Source of the DNA: a virus
Taxonomy: Duplodnaviria; Caudoviricetes
Length of the DNA: 26,087 nucleotides
Direction: 5' to 3' (one strand)
IMG/VR virus record: IMGVR_UViG_3300037311_000449
Coordinates: 1-26,087 of that record
Below, piece after piece: positions 16,435 through 23,989 of this stretch (position 1 is the first letter of the stretch; every line of letters begins with the position of its first letter). The notes below the pieces were generated by a model, which was not told where the DNA came from, did not search any database, and saw only the letters and a list, made by a program, of their open reading frames with translations. Position numbers and translations under genes: made by a program.

Positions 16435-16770
16435 TTAGCTGATAAAAGCCCCGTTCAGACGCACGTTGCCGGTGGTATCACCGGAAGCGGCGGCGGCTTG
16501 CGCCACACCAATCAGCTTGTTGGTGGCAACGGTGGTGGTGCAGTTGCGGGCGGCGTTGTCCCAATAAATGAGAGCGCCCACCGTCCATGCTGCGCCGGTT
16601 GCTTTGGTGAGGGTAAACACACCCTCTGTTACGGCTTCCACCTCGGTGCTGATCGCTGCATCTGCGGCGGCAACGCCGAAGATAGAGCCAACCAGCAACC
16701 CTTGCCCCGAAGTAAGGGCATAAGGGGCTGTGAGAGTGAGGGTTTTCCCCTCCATGAGAAAGTTTTTCAT
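16435..16770 (-). CDS. DUF2190 capsid cement/decoration protein
   Basis: MKNF..EG..LTLTAP, GVA..D, EGVFTL.K, G..IYWD, IGVA, VRLNG. Directly after the capsid gene. Confidence 0.88.
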   Translation of the reverse strand: MKNFLMEGKTLTLTAPYALTSGQGLLVGSIFGVAAADAAISTEVEAVTEGVFTLTKATGAAWTVGALIYWDNAARNCTTTVATNKLIGVAQAAAASGDTTGNVRLNGAFIS

Positions 16771-16796
16771 AAGCAGTTTCCTTTTGGTTTAGACAT

Positions 16797-16819
16797 AAAA
16801 AAACCGGCTTGAAGCCGGT
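16797..16819 (-). terminator. Intrinsic terminator-like hairpin after the major capsid gene
   Basis: Minus strand reads ACCGGC-ttcaa-GCCGGT-TTTTTT. Confidence 0.75.
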
Positions 16820-16846
16820 GGTTGGGTAGTCATGGATTGCAGTTGA

Positions 16847-18922
16847 TTATGCGCCGGTGTTTTTCCAGAAGCCGCGCCAATCGATTGCTTTAGCCGCGAA
16901 GTCGAGACGGGCTTTCAGTTCAACCCCATCCACATCGAAGCCAAGGCGACTTTCGAGGTAAACGCCTTCCTGACCTTCCAAGAAGCAATACTCGATAGTA
17001 TCGATCTGCGCCGGATCAGCCGCCATATACCAAGAGGTAAGCGAAGCAGCATCAAGGCGAGGCTCGGCAATCACCTGCAACTTATTGGCAAACGGGTTGT
17101 AATCGCTGCTTTTCGTGTAGATGATATTGGTTTGCGTCACATATTGTTCTGCAACGATTTCAATCGCTGCCGGAACAAGCAGATACTTCGCCATCACGTT
17201 GATAAAGCGTCCGTTCAAGCCTTTCTGCTTACGCATAGCCGCACGGCCTTCACCCAGCGTGGCAACCGCGATTGCTGCGTTTGCACCGGCAAGGTTGCCG
17301 TGGTTGGCATGGAACAGCACCGTGCCATCACCCATCACTGGGTTGCCGGTGATGATACCCCATACCGTATCGCTTTGCAGATCAGCCGCAGCACGCCCAA
17401 ACATTTCCGGCAAGCGGGTGAACGCCCCCAAATCATCATTGATGATGACTTGGCGGTTAATCGCCACCACCTTGCCATAGGTTGCCAGCGCATACTGTTC
17501 TTTACCGTCGCTGATCGTGCCACGCTTGAACTCACCGGATTCGTTTACCTTATCCAGTGAAGGCGCATCACCCAGCTGCACGCGGGCAATGGTTTTGAAG
17601 TCCGGCGCGGTGACTTGGCGTGAAAACGGCTTAAAAGTTTGCGGAGCCGCTTCGTAAGAGGCACGCAGCGTTTTATTCGCCACGTTCAGCACGATGTTGG
17701 CAAAGTCACTGGTGGAATGAAAGCCACCGCGAGTTTCAATGCCAAGCATCACGCCAGCCACTTCGGATTTCGACATTCCGCGAGTATCCACGCCTCGGCG
17801 TTTCAGGATATCGCGCCCGATCTCCATCAACGTCATGCCACGATATTCACGCGCACCGTCATCCAGCTTGTAGGTTTTCGGGTCGTGGCGGTGAAGCAGT
17901 GCATTTTCTGCCATCGCCCGCACGCTATCCATTTCATCGCGGGTAATGGTGACCTGACTGCGAATTTCTCCGCCTTCACCGGACTTGCGGGCCAATTCAT
18001 CCAACACCAGCTTGCGGGCCTGTTGCAGCGGCGTGCCTTCGTTAATCAGCTTTTGTGCGAAGATATCCGGCAGTTTTGCTGCGCGGACGATTTTGCTGAC
18101 TTCCGAAACACGGCTCCGCTCAAGGCGCATGCCTTCGGCGCGGGCTTCTTCCGTGCCTTCTTGCTCAGGCGTTGCGGGTGTTGCCGGTGTTACAGGTGTT
18201 TCTGGCGCATCGGCGGGCGGATTCACTGCCGGTGTTTCAGGGGTTGCCGGATTTTCATTCGGCTGTGTGTCATTATTAGACATAGTGCGTTTCTCCTTTG
18301 GGGTTGAAAGATTGATAACCTCACACGGGTAAGTGTGAGGGGTGGAGCGGATGCCAGCGCCAGCATCCGCCCCGATAGGAACCAACGAAATTTCGTAAGG
18401 CTCCCAATCGATGGCGCGGTACAGGGGAACCGCACCATCGTTTCTAATGACCTCGTATCGGTGGACACGATAGCCAACGCTGACATTCCGGATGATTCCA
18501 TCCCGAATTTTGCGAATGACAGGCTCGTTTTCCGGCCCGCCATCAATTTTTAAGCTGGCATAACCAAGCCCGCCTTCAATGCGTGCGCTTCCAGCGATCA
18601 CCACGCCTTTGACGTTATCCAACTCGAAATCGCTATGGGTATCGAGTACGGGCGCACCGCTATTCAGTCGGCCCAAGCGCACGGAAGTTTCATTCACCAC
18701 CAATTCTTCGTCATACATTTCATCCGCAAAGTAATTGTATTTGCGAACGGTTGCGCCGGTGGTGAAAATCACGTTGAAAATGCGTTCTTCTGCGCCGGTT
18801 TTATCTTCCTCAAGCTGTGCCAGCCTCGTCTGAAGCGGTAGATTCATCCTCCCCATCAAGGGTGAGTTCGAGTTGCTTGCCGGATTTTTTGGTGGATTGT
18901 TTAACGGGTGTTGAGTCTGCAT
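16847..18922 (-). CDS. Prohead protease/scaffold/major capsid fusion protein (691 aa)
   Basis: HK97-type protease motifs PVLDTH, NVSVGY and WEPYEISLVPIGAD, then a Pro/Thr linker, then capsid motifs HSTSDF..VANK.L, TYGK..INRQ.IINDDL and IDWRG. Start moved to ATG 18922 after RBS AAAGGAGG. Confidence 0.9.
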   Translation of the reverse strand: MQTQHPLNNPPKNPASNSNSPLMGRMNLPLQTRLAQLEEDKTGAEERIFNVIFTTGATVRKYNYFADEMYDEELVVNETSVRLGRLNSGAPVLDTHSDFELDNVKGVVIAGSARIEGGLGYASLKIDGGPENEPVIRKIRDGIIRNVSVGYRVHRYEVIRNDGAVPLYRAIDWEPYEISLVPIGADAGAGIRSTPHTYPCEVINLSTPKEKRTMSNNDTQPNENPATPETPAVNPPADAPETPVTPATPATPEQEGTEEARAEGMRLERSRVSEVSKIVRAAKLPDIFAQKLINEGTPLQQARKLVLDELARKSGEGGEIRSQVTITRDEMDSVRAMAENALLHRHDPKTYKLDDGAREYRGMTLMEIGRDILKRRGVDTRGMSKSEVAGVMLGIETRGGFHSTSDFANIVLNVANKTLRASYEAAPQTFKPFSRQVTAPDFKTIARVQLGDAPSLDKVNESGEFKRGTISDGKEQYALATYGKVVAINRQVIINDDLGAFTRLPEMFGRAAADLQSDTVWGIITGNPVMGDGTVLFHANHGNLAGANAAIAVATLGEGRAAMRKQKGLNGRFINVMAKYLLVPAAIEIVAEQYVTQTNIIYTKSSDYNPFANKLQVIAEPRLDAASLTSWYMAADPAQIDTIEYCFLEGQEGVYLESRLGFDVDGVELKARLDFAAKAIDWRGFWKNTGA
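18281..18300 (-). promoter_or_regulatory. Internal in-frame translation start (RBS plus ATG) for a scaffold-capsid product
   Basis: CAAAGGAGAAACGCACT-ATG at 18283, in frame, right after the protease domain. Confidence 0.6.
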
Positions 18923-20414
18923 TGCTGCCTCCTTTATCAGTTTGTTGCGTGCCGCTTTTCGACGTGTAGCGGGGGTCACAATCAAGGACGATTTCATGCG
19001 AATCGAGCAGCTTGTTATTGGCTGCTATTTCCTCAATCTGCTTGTCTGGGTCGTATCCATGCCGTGCGATGGCCTGTTTCAGCGTCAGTGTGCCGTTACG
19101 CATCATGAGCGTATCCGCTTGCGCGTCTTTCAGCGGGTCAATCATCTCAAATCGTTGCGGAGTCCACTCAACCCCGTATTCGATGCGATTGATTTTCCCG
19201 GCGACATAGGCGCGATCAATAAACCGCCTCCACACTGGAACGCACAGGCGCGGCACGAACACCTGCCACCGCAACATTTCGATGAGGCTGCGGAATTCGA
19301 GCAAGCCAGCCCGAAGGCTGCTGTAGTTCACTTGGCTCAAATCGCCCGTAAGCTGCTCATAGGTAATGCCGAGGCCCGCCGCAATCGCATGCAGCTGTAC
19401 ACGCTCATAGGATTCGTAATTGCCATCGCTATTCGGATTACCGAAGCGGATATCCTCACCCGGTTGGAGATATTCAATCATCCCTGGGCGGAATTGCTCC
19501 AGCTTGTCCGGGTCGCTTGAAGCCCCGCTACTTGCGTTTTTCTTCACCATATTGCCGACAATCGGCCCATCCGCGCCGCTCACTTGCGTCACAAATGCGG
19601 CAAAACAGGCTTCAATCTTCTTGCGCCACAATTCCGCGTCATCGTAACCATCAAGATCACGCATCCGCACGATGGAGGGAGCAAAAGAAGTAACGCCCCG
19701 GAACTGGCCGGGGCGGTGTTTGCGAAATAGGTGGATAATCTGATCGGCTGGTACTCGCACGCTTTGCAGCCGCATCGCGCCAACTCCATCTTCGCCGGGA
19801 TGTTGCGGCCACATCCAGTAAGCCACACGCCGGTTGAATGAATCAAACTCCACGCCCTGATTGATATAGTTGCCATTGCCGGCAGGTGCGGTTTTGCTCG
19901 TATCAAGGAAATCGGCTTCCAACACTTGCAGCTGAAACGGGATAGGATAATCCAGACTAAACGGGCGATCACGGAAGCGCACGAAGCACTCACCGCTCTC
20001 GAACATGGCGCGTGCTACCAAGCCTTGCATCCCGTTGAAGTCTAAATCGCCTTCCGCGTCACATTGCATGCTCCATTCTTGCCATGCTTCCATGATCTGC
20101 TTGTCGAGGCGTTTTAAGCCGGTATCCGCTTGCGCGGAAATGCCGATACCTATGGCATTTCCAACAAACACCTCAACGGCTTTGCTGCCGTAAGGGTTGT
20201 TACGCACCAGATCACGGGCGCGTTCACGCAAGCGGTTGCCTGCCGAGGCGATCTCTTTGTTGGCGGAAGCTCCGGTGGTGAGCCAATCATCAATACGCCT
20301 TCCGGTTTTTGCGCCTTCATAGCCGCGTTGCATAAAATCAAGCGCAATACGGGCTTGCTTGCGTTTCAGGCCGGAAACAGGCGAAAAAACACCGATTAAA
20401 TCATCTAACCACAT
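18810..20414 (-). CDS. Portal protein, lambda family
   Basis: YEGAK.GRR..W, LRERARDLVRNN, GVEFD..RRVAYW, RPGQ.RG, YEQLTGD.SQVNYSS.RAGL and IDPLKD motifs. ATG 20414 follows AAGGA and is preferred to TTG 20420. Confidence 0.95.
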   Translation of the reverse strand: MWLDDLIGVFSPVSGLKRKQARIALDFMQRGYEGAKTGRRIDDWLTTGASANKEIASAGNRLRERARDLVRNNPYGSKAVEVFVGNAIGIGISAQADTGLKRLDKQIMEAWQEWSMQCDAEGDLDFNGMQGLVARAMFESGECFVRFRDRPFSLDYPIPFQLQVLEADFLDTSKTAPAGNGNYINQGVEFDSFNRRVAYWMWPQHPGEDGVGAMRLQSVRVPADQIIHLFRKHRPGQFRGVTSFAPSIVRMRDLDGYDDAELWRKKIEACFAAFVTQVSGADGPIVGNMVKKNASSGASSDPDKLEQFRPGMIEYLQPGEDIRFGNPNSDGNYESYERVQLHAIAAGLGITYEQLTGDLSQVNYSSLRAGLLEFRSLIEMLRWQVFVPRLCVPVWRRFIDRAYVAGKINRIEYGVEWTPQRFEMIDPLKDAQADTLMMRNGTLTLKQAIARHGYDPDKQIEEIAANNKLLDSHEIVLDCDPRYTSKSGTQQTDKGGSNADSTPVKQSTKKSGKQLELTLDGEDESTASDEAGTA

Positions 20415-20416
20415 AA

Positions 20417-20620
20417 TCAATCCTTCGTGAATGTTGCGAAGCTGGCACGGCTTTTCTGGCTTTGCGCGGCCACATCCAGTTGATTCCGCATGATTTCCCG
20501 AAGGCGAATCATCTCATCCAGCGAGTGGTAGCGGACTTTCTTATCGCCCACGCTCACTTCGAGCGTGCCAGCGGCAATGGCTGTTTCCAGCGCATCTAGT
20601 TGAGCTTGCGTAAATGCCAT
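20417..20620 (-). CDS. Head completion protein (gpW-like)
   Basis: 67 aa between TerL and portal, with AFTQAQLDALETAIAAG..V....K.VRY.SLDEM. Confidence 0.85.
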   Translation of the reverse strand: MAFTQAQLDALETAIAAGTLEVSVGDKKVRYHSLDEMIRLREIMRNQLDVAAQSQKSRASFATFTKD

Positions 20621-20622
20621 AG

Positions 20623-22467
20623 TTACCTCGATAGCCAGTTATCCATGCGCGGAATCCACGCTTGGTTGGTTGATTGCGGTTGTTCTTCTTGCGTTTTATT
20701 TTCCGGCTCTGTGCGCGGTGCTTTCTCAATGTCTTCGGCCAGCTGCGCCAGATTAGGATTGAGCAGCTTAAACGCCGCCAGCGCATACACGGTGCAATCC
20801 AGTGCTTCGTTACGGCTGCGCGTTTTAATCCATTCCCGTTTCGCCACACCTTTGGCGAAACGCACCACCTGTTTTTCCCCCGTCAACTGAAGGAAATACT
20901 CGCGGTCACGTTCCAGCGGGAAGTGGAAGTAACCTGCGCCGGGTTCGGTAATCCGCAACCGGCTGTAGATCACTTCCTTGGCGGTATCCGTGCCGATAGG
21001 ATAGAGCCGCAACTTGTAACGGTTGTTGCGCGTTGGCCTTCCTACCAGCGGCTTCGCGGCTTGGCTTACCCCTTTGATAGCGAACACGCCGCGCACGGCA
21101 CGTTTGCTGCAAAATTCGTAAACCATTTGTGTGTGATGCCCGCCCGAATCGATGCACACGCACGCGATATTAAGCTGAACACCTAACTTGCTACGAATAG
21201 GCGTGAGCAGGTAAGCATCCAACTCTTGCCACACCGCATCCTGCGCCGGGTCGCCGTAAATAATGCGGTAATCCAGTGACCAGCATTCTTCACCAACGCC
21301 CCAGCCTTTCACTTCGACTTCAAGGCGATCACCTTGCACATCCACGCCCGCCGTCACCAACACCACCGGCTCCGGCGACTCATTGCCCCAGCTTTCCTTG
21401 CGCTGTAGCAGAACGTCCGCATCCAGCGTTTCGCCATCTTCTTCCCACGGCTCACCAAGCGAGGTGTTTACCCACGTTTTCAGCGTTTCCGGCAAGGCTT
21501 TAGCCCGCAGAAAGTCCGTTACCATCTGCGCCAGCGTTACCCACGGGGAGTAAAGCTCATTGATATGAAAACCGGCAATATCGGTGAACGGCTTTTCCGC
21601 CACCCAGCGGCCCGCCTTAATCATTTTGGGCCGCTCACTATCGGAAACCACACAGCCATTTTGCTCACAAATATAGTGGGCGGTTTCCGGCTTGTGGCCT
21701 TCTTCGCCGTTTTCCCACTTCACTTGCGCCCATTTCAGCACTTGGTATTCACCGCAATGCGGGCAAGGCACATGGTAACGCCGTTGATCGCTTTGCTCGA
21801 ATGCCGCTTCAATCCGGCTTGCCCCCTTGGTAGTGGGGGTGGAAGTCAGAATGAGTTTTCGATTCCAAAAGGTGGTGGTGCGCTTCTTTGCCAAGCTCAC
21901 CGGATCACCTTCTGTACCTGCCGAAACAGGGTAGCGGTCAACTTCATCACCCAGCACAATCCGTATTGGGCGTGAGGCCAGCGAAGCGGGCGAATTCGCG
22001 CCAGCCATCGTGATATGCCCGCCCGGAAAGCGTTTATAGAGCAGCGTATTGCCGCTATCACGCGTGCGCGGGTCTTTTACCAGCCCGTGCAACACCGTTG
22101 TATCGCGCAGCATCGGCGCGAAGCGGTCTTTGCTCCACGCTTCGGCCATTTCAAGCGTCGGCTGCAGCAGCAGAATGGGCGAAGGGTCTAAGTGAACATG
22201 ATACCCGATGATATTGTTGACGATTTCTGTCTTCCCGATCTGCGCGGAAGACATGATCACCACCGTTTCTACCAGCGGATTACATACCGCATCCATGATA
22301 TCGCGCTGGTAGGGTGCGCGATCAGTATGCCATTTGCCCGGTTCGGCGCTGGCTTCGCTACTCAGCTGCCGGTAACGATCCGCCCACTGGCTTACCGTCA
22401 TCGATGGCGGCGGTGCTACCAGCCGCGCCACTGTCCGTATGAGTGCCGCTGTTTGTTTCTGGGTCAT
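20623..22467 (-). CDS. Terminase large subunit, GpA family
   Basis: Walker A SSAQIGKTE, Walker B VLGDEVD, STPT, CPHCG, nuclease motifs AGVDVQ, IDSGG and RNEALDC. Confidence 0.96.
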   Translation of the reverse strand: MTQKQTAALIRTVARLVAPPPSMTVSQWADRYRQLSSEASAEPGKWHTDRAPYQRDIMDAVCNPLVETVVIMSSAQIGKTEIVNNIIGYHVHLDPSPILLLQPTLEMAEAWSKDRFAPMLRDTTVLHGLVKDPRTRDSGNTLLYKRFPGGHITMAGANSPASLASRPIRIVLGDEVDRYPVSAGTEGDPVSLAKKRTTTFWNRKLILTSTPTTKGASRIEAAFEQSDQRRYHVPCPHCGEYQVLKWAQVKWENGEEGHKPETAHYICEQNGCVVSDSERPKMIKAGRWVAEKPFTDIAGFHINELYSPWVTLAQMVTDFLRAKALPETLKTWVNTSLGEPWEEDGETLDADVLLQRKESWGNESPEPVVLVTAGVDVQGDRLEVEVKGWGVGEECWSLDYRIIYGDPAQDAVWQELDAYLLTPIRSKLGVQLNIACVCIDSGGHHTQMVYEFCSKRAVRGVFAIKGVSQAAKPLVGRPTRNNRYKLRLYPIGTDTAKEVIYSRLRITEPGAGYFHFPLERDREYFLQLTGEKQVVRFAKGVAKREWIKTRSRNEALDCTVYALAAFKLLNPNLAQLAEDIEKAPRTEPENKTQEEQPQSTNQAWIPRMDNWLSR

Positions 22468-22918
22468 AGAGGGATAACTCGTTCAATGCTTCATGCACCA
22501 GCTCCCTCAATGCCTGTTCGATTTCATGAAACTCCTTGAGTCCGGTGGCTATGTGTGCGCCTCGCGTAGGGAGGCCGAGCAACCGGGAGCGAAACGCCAC
22601 TGCCATAGCTGACCAATCGCTTTTGACTTCCTCAATGGGAATCAGGTTGCGATTCATCACTTTCACTTCCAGTTCGGTTTTGTCGGCTTGGGCTTTGAGC
22701 AAACGAGCGCGTTCTTGGTGCGCGTCTATCGTCATCACATCCTTGCCGAAGGCACGCTCCTGCAGGAACGCGATATACCCGCGCACCGAGCCGATTAGCT
22801 CATATTTGCCTTTTTCAGCTTTCGGGATAATTCCATCCTTCGCCAGCTGTTGCACCCGGCGTTCGGACACGCCAAAGAGCCGGGCGATTACGCCCACCTT
22901 GTATGTTGCTTCTGACAT
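22358..22918 (-). CDS. Terminase small subunit (Nu1-like)
   Basis: N-terminal HTH IARLFGVSERRVQQL..G and coiled coil ERARLLKAQADKTEL. Overlaps the TerL start. Start moved to ATG 22918, just after the upstream stop. Confidence 0.88.
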   Translation of the reverse strand: MSEATYKVGVIARLFGVSERRVQQLAKDGIIPKAEKGKYELIGSVRGYIAFLQERAFGKDVMTIDAHQERARLLKAQADKTELEVKVMNRNLIPIEEVKSDWSAMAVAFRSRLLGLPTRGAHIATGLKEFHEIEQALRELVHEALNELSLYDPETNSGTHTDSGAAGSTAAIDDGKPVGGSLPAAE

Positions 22919-22923
22919 GATGA

Positions 22924-23571
22924 TTACTTCGTGATTATCCAACCGGCGAAATCGCCAAACCTAAACCAAAGGCTTGCATCCTCGCCCAGCATGGCCGGGT
23001 CGATAGGACGTTGCACGCCCGACAAACTTAACTCTTTTTTGATGACGCTTTCCGCATCAACACCCGCCGCGACTTTACCGGCCAGTGTGAGCCGCCAGAA
23101 CACGGTGGCTTCATAACCGGATGCCGCTTCGCATTTATCCACGATCAGCAATGCGCCACCGGGCTTGATAAGCGACTTCAAATTATCGATGAACGCTTGC
23201 CGCTTTTCTATCGGCATAAACATGATCACCAGATAACAAATCGCCAAATCATAAGGCTGAAAACGATAATCCAGTGCATCAATCTGCACCAGTTCGCCGG
23301 GAGACTCGTACTTGGCACACATCTCGCTGCTTGCTTCAATACCGATCAGATTCGCCTTGCGTTCCTTCAGCGTTTCTTCGATGGCGCGGCCAATGTTGCC
23401 GGTGGACGCGCCGACATCGTAAACCAGCCCGCCTTTGGGTATGTAATGACGGGCGATATGCGCCACCGCGCCAGTCACCATATCATACCACGGAAGTTGT
23501 TCGCGGACGTGCTTATCGAACCCCGAGGCCACGCTAGTGTTCTCGAATGTCCATTCTCTAGGGATTTGCAT
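22924..23571 (-). CDS. CmoA-like class I SAM-dependent enzyme
   Basis: WTF..VA..F...V..Q.P.Y, VYDVGASTG (motif I), RQAFID....IKPGGALLIVDK and LWFRFGDF align by eye with recalled E. coli CmoA. ATG 23571, 4 nt after the upstream stop, is preferred; GTG 23604 is an alternative. Confidence 0.8.
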   Translation of the reverse strand: MQIPREWTFENTSVASGFDKHVREQLPWYDMVTGAVAHIARHYIPKGGLVYDVGASTGNIGRAIEETLKERKANLIGIEASSEMCAKYESPGELVQIDALDYRFQPYDLAICYLVIMFMPIEKRQAFIDNLKSLIKPGGALLIVDKCEAASGYEATVFWRLTLAGKVAAGVDAESVIKKELSLSGVQRPIDPAMLGEDASLWFRFGDFAGWIITK

Positions 23572-23575
23572 AGGA

Positions 23576-23989
23576 TTAACTTGGTAGTTGTTGCCACTCG
23601 TCACCCGGCTCGATTTTTACCGAGCGGATGCCATAACGCGCATACATGGCGCGAGTTGCAGGGTTGCTTTCAATGGCCAGCATTTCAGTTTCGCCATACT
23701 TCGGAATCACATGCTCTTTTAGCATGCGCTCCTTTGCCAGCGGTGGAGTAAGGCCGTAAGCATTGAATAACGCAACATCGGGTTGCCAGCCGGTTTTTTC
23801 TTCAATGCTTGCGATAGTTTGGGCGAAGTATGTGGCGGGCCGCGCCGTCATCAAGATCACATGATGCGGCTTTAGTAATTTGACCAGCCAAGCACGATAT
23901 TGCTCTGCTTCAATTTGCTTTATGAAGGGCTTGTGCTTTTCTTCGCTGTTTTCCACCAGCGTATAATTGAGATCGAGCAATATAATCAT
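23576..23989 (-). CDS. HAD-superfamily-like protein (capless, PNKP phosphatase-like) with atypical motifs
   Basis: IILLDLNYTLV (motif I variant), ILMTARP (motif II), a probable motif III Lys in LAKER, and AIESN (motif IV variant). ATGA overlap with the upstream gene. Confidence 0.65.
   Translation of the reverse strand: MIILLDLNYTLVENSEEKHKPFIKQIEAEQYRAWLVKLLKPHHVILMTARPATYFAQTIASIEEKTGWQPDVALFNAYGLTPPLAKERMLKEHVIPKYGETEMLAIESNPATRAMYARYGIRSVKIEPGDEWQQLPS

Noticed and set aside
17639-18307. 222-aa plus-strand ORF, and similar antisense ORFs such as 18942..19520, 20674..21186, 23197..23751 and 16393..16812
   Set aside because: They lie opposite well-supported phage genes, show no recognisable motifs, and are the shadow ORFs expected in moderately GC-rich coding DNA.
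23034-23040. AAAAAAG run in the CmoA-like gene as a frameshift site
   Set aside because: It is phased AAA AAA G, not A AAA AAG, and the zero frame continues with CmoA-like sequence to the stop.
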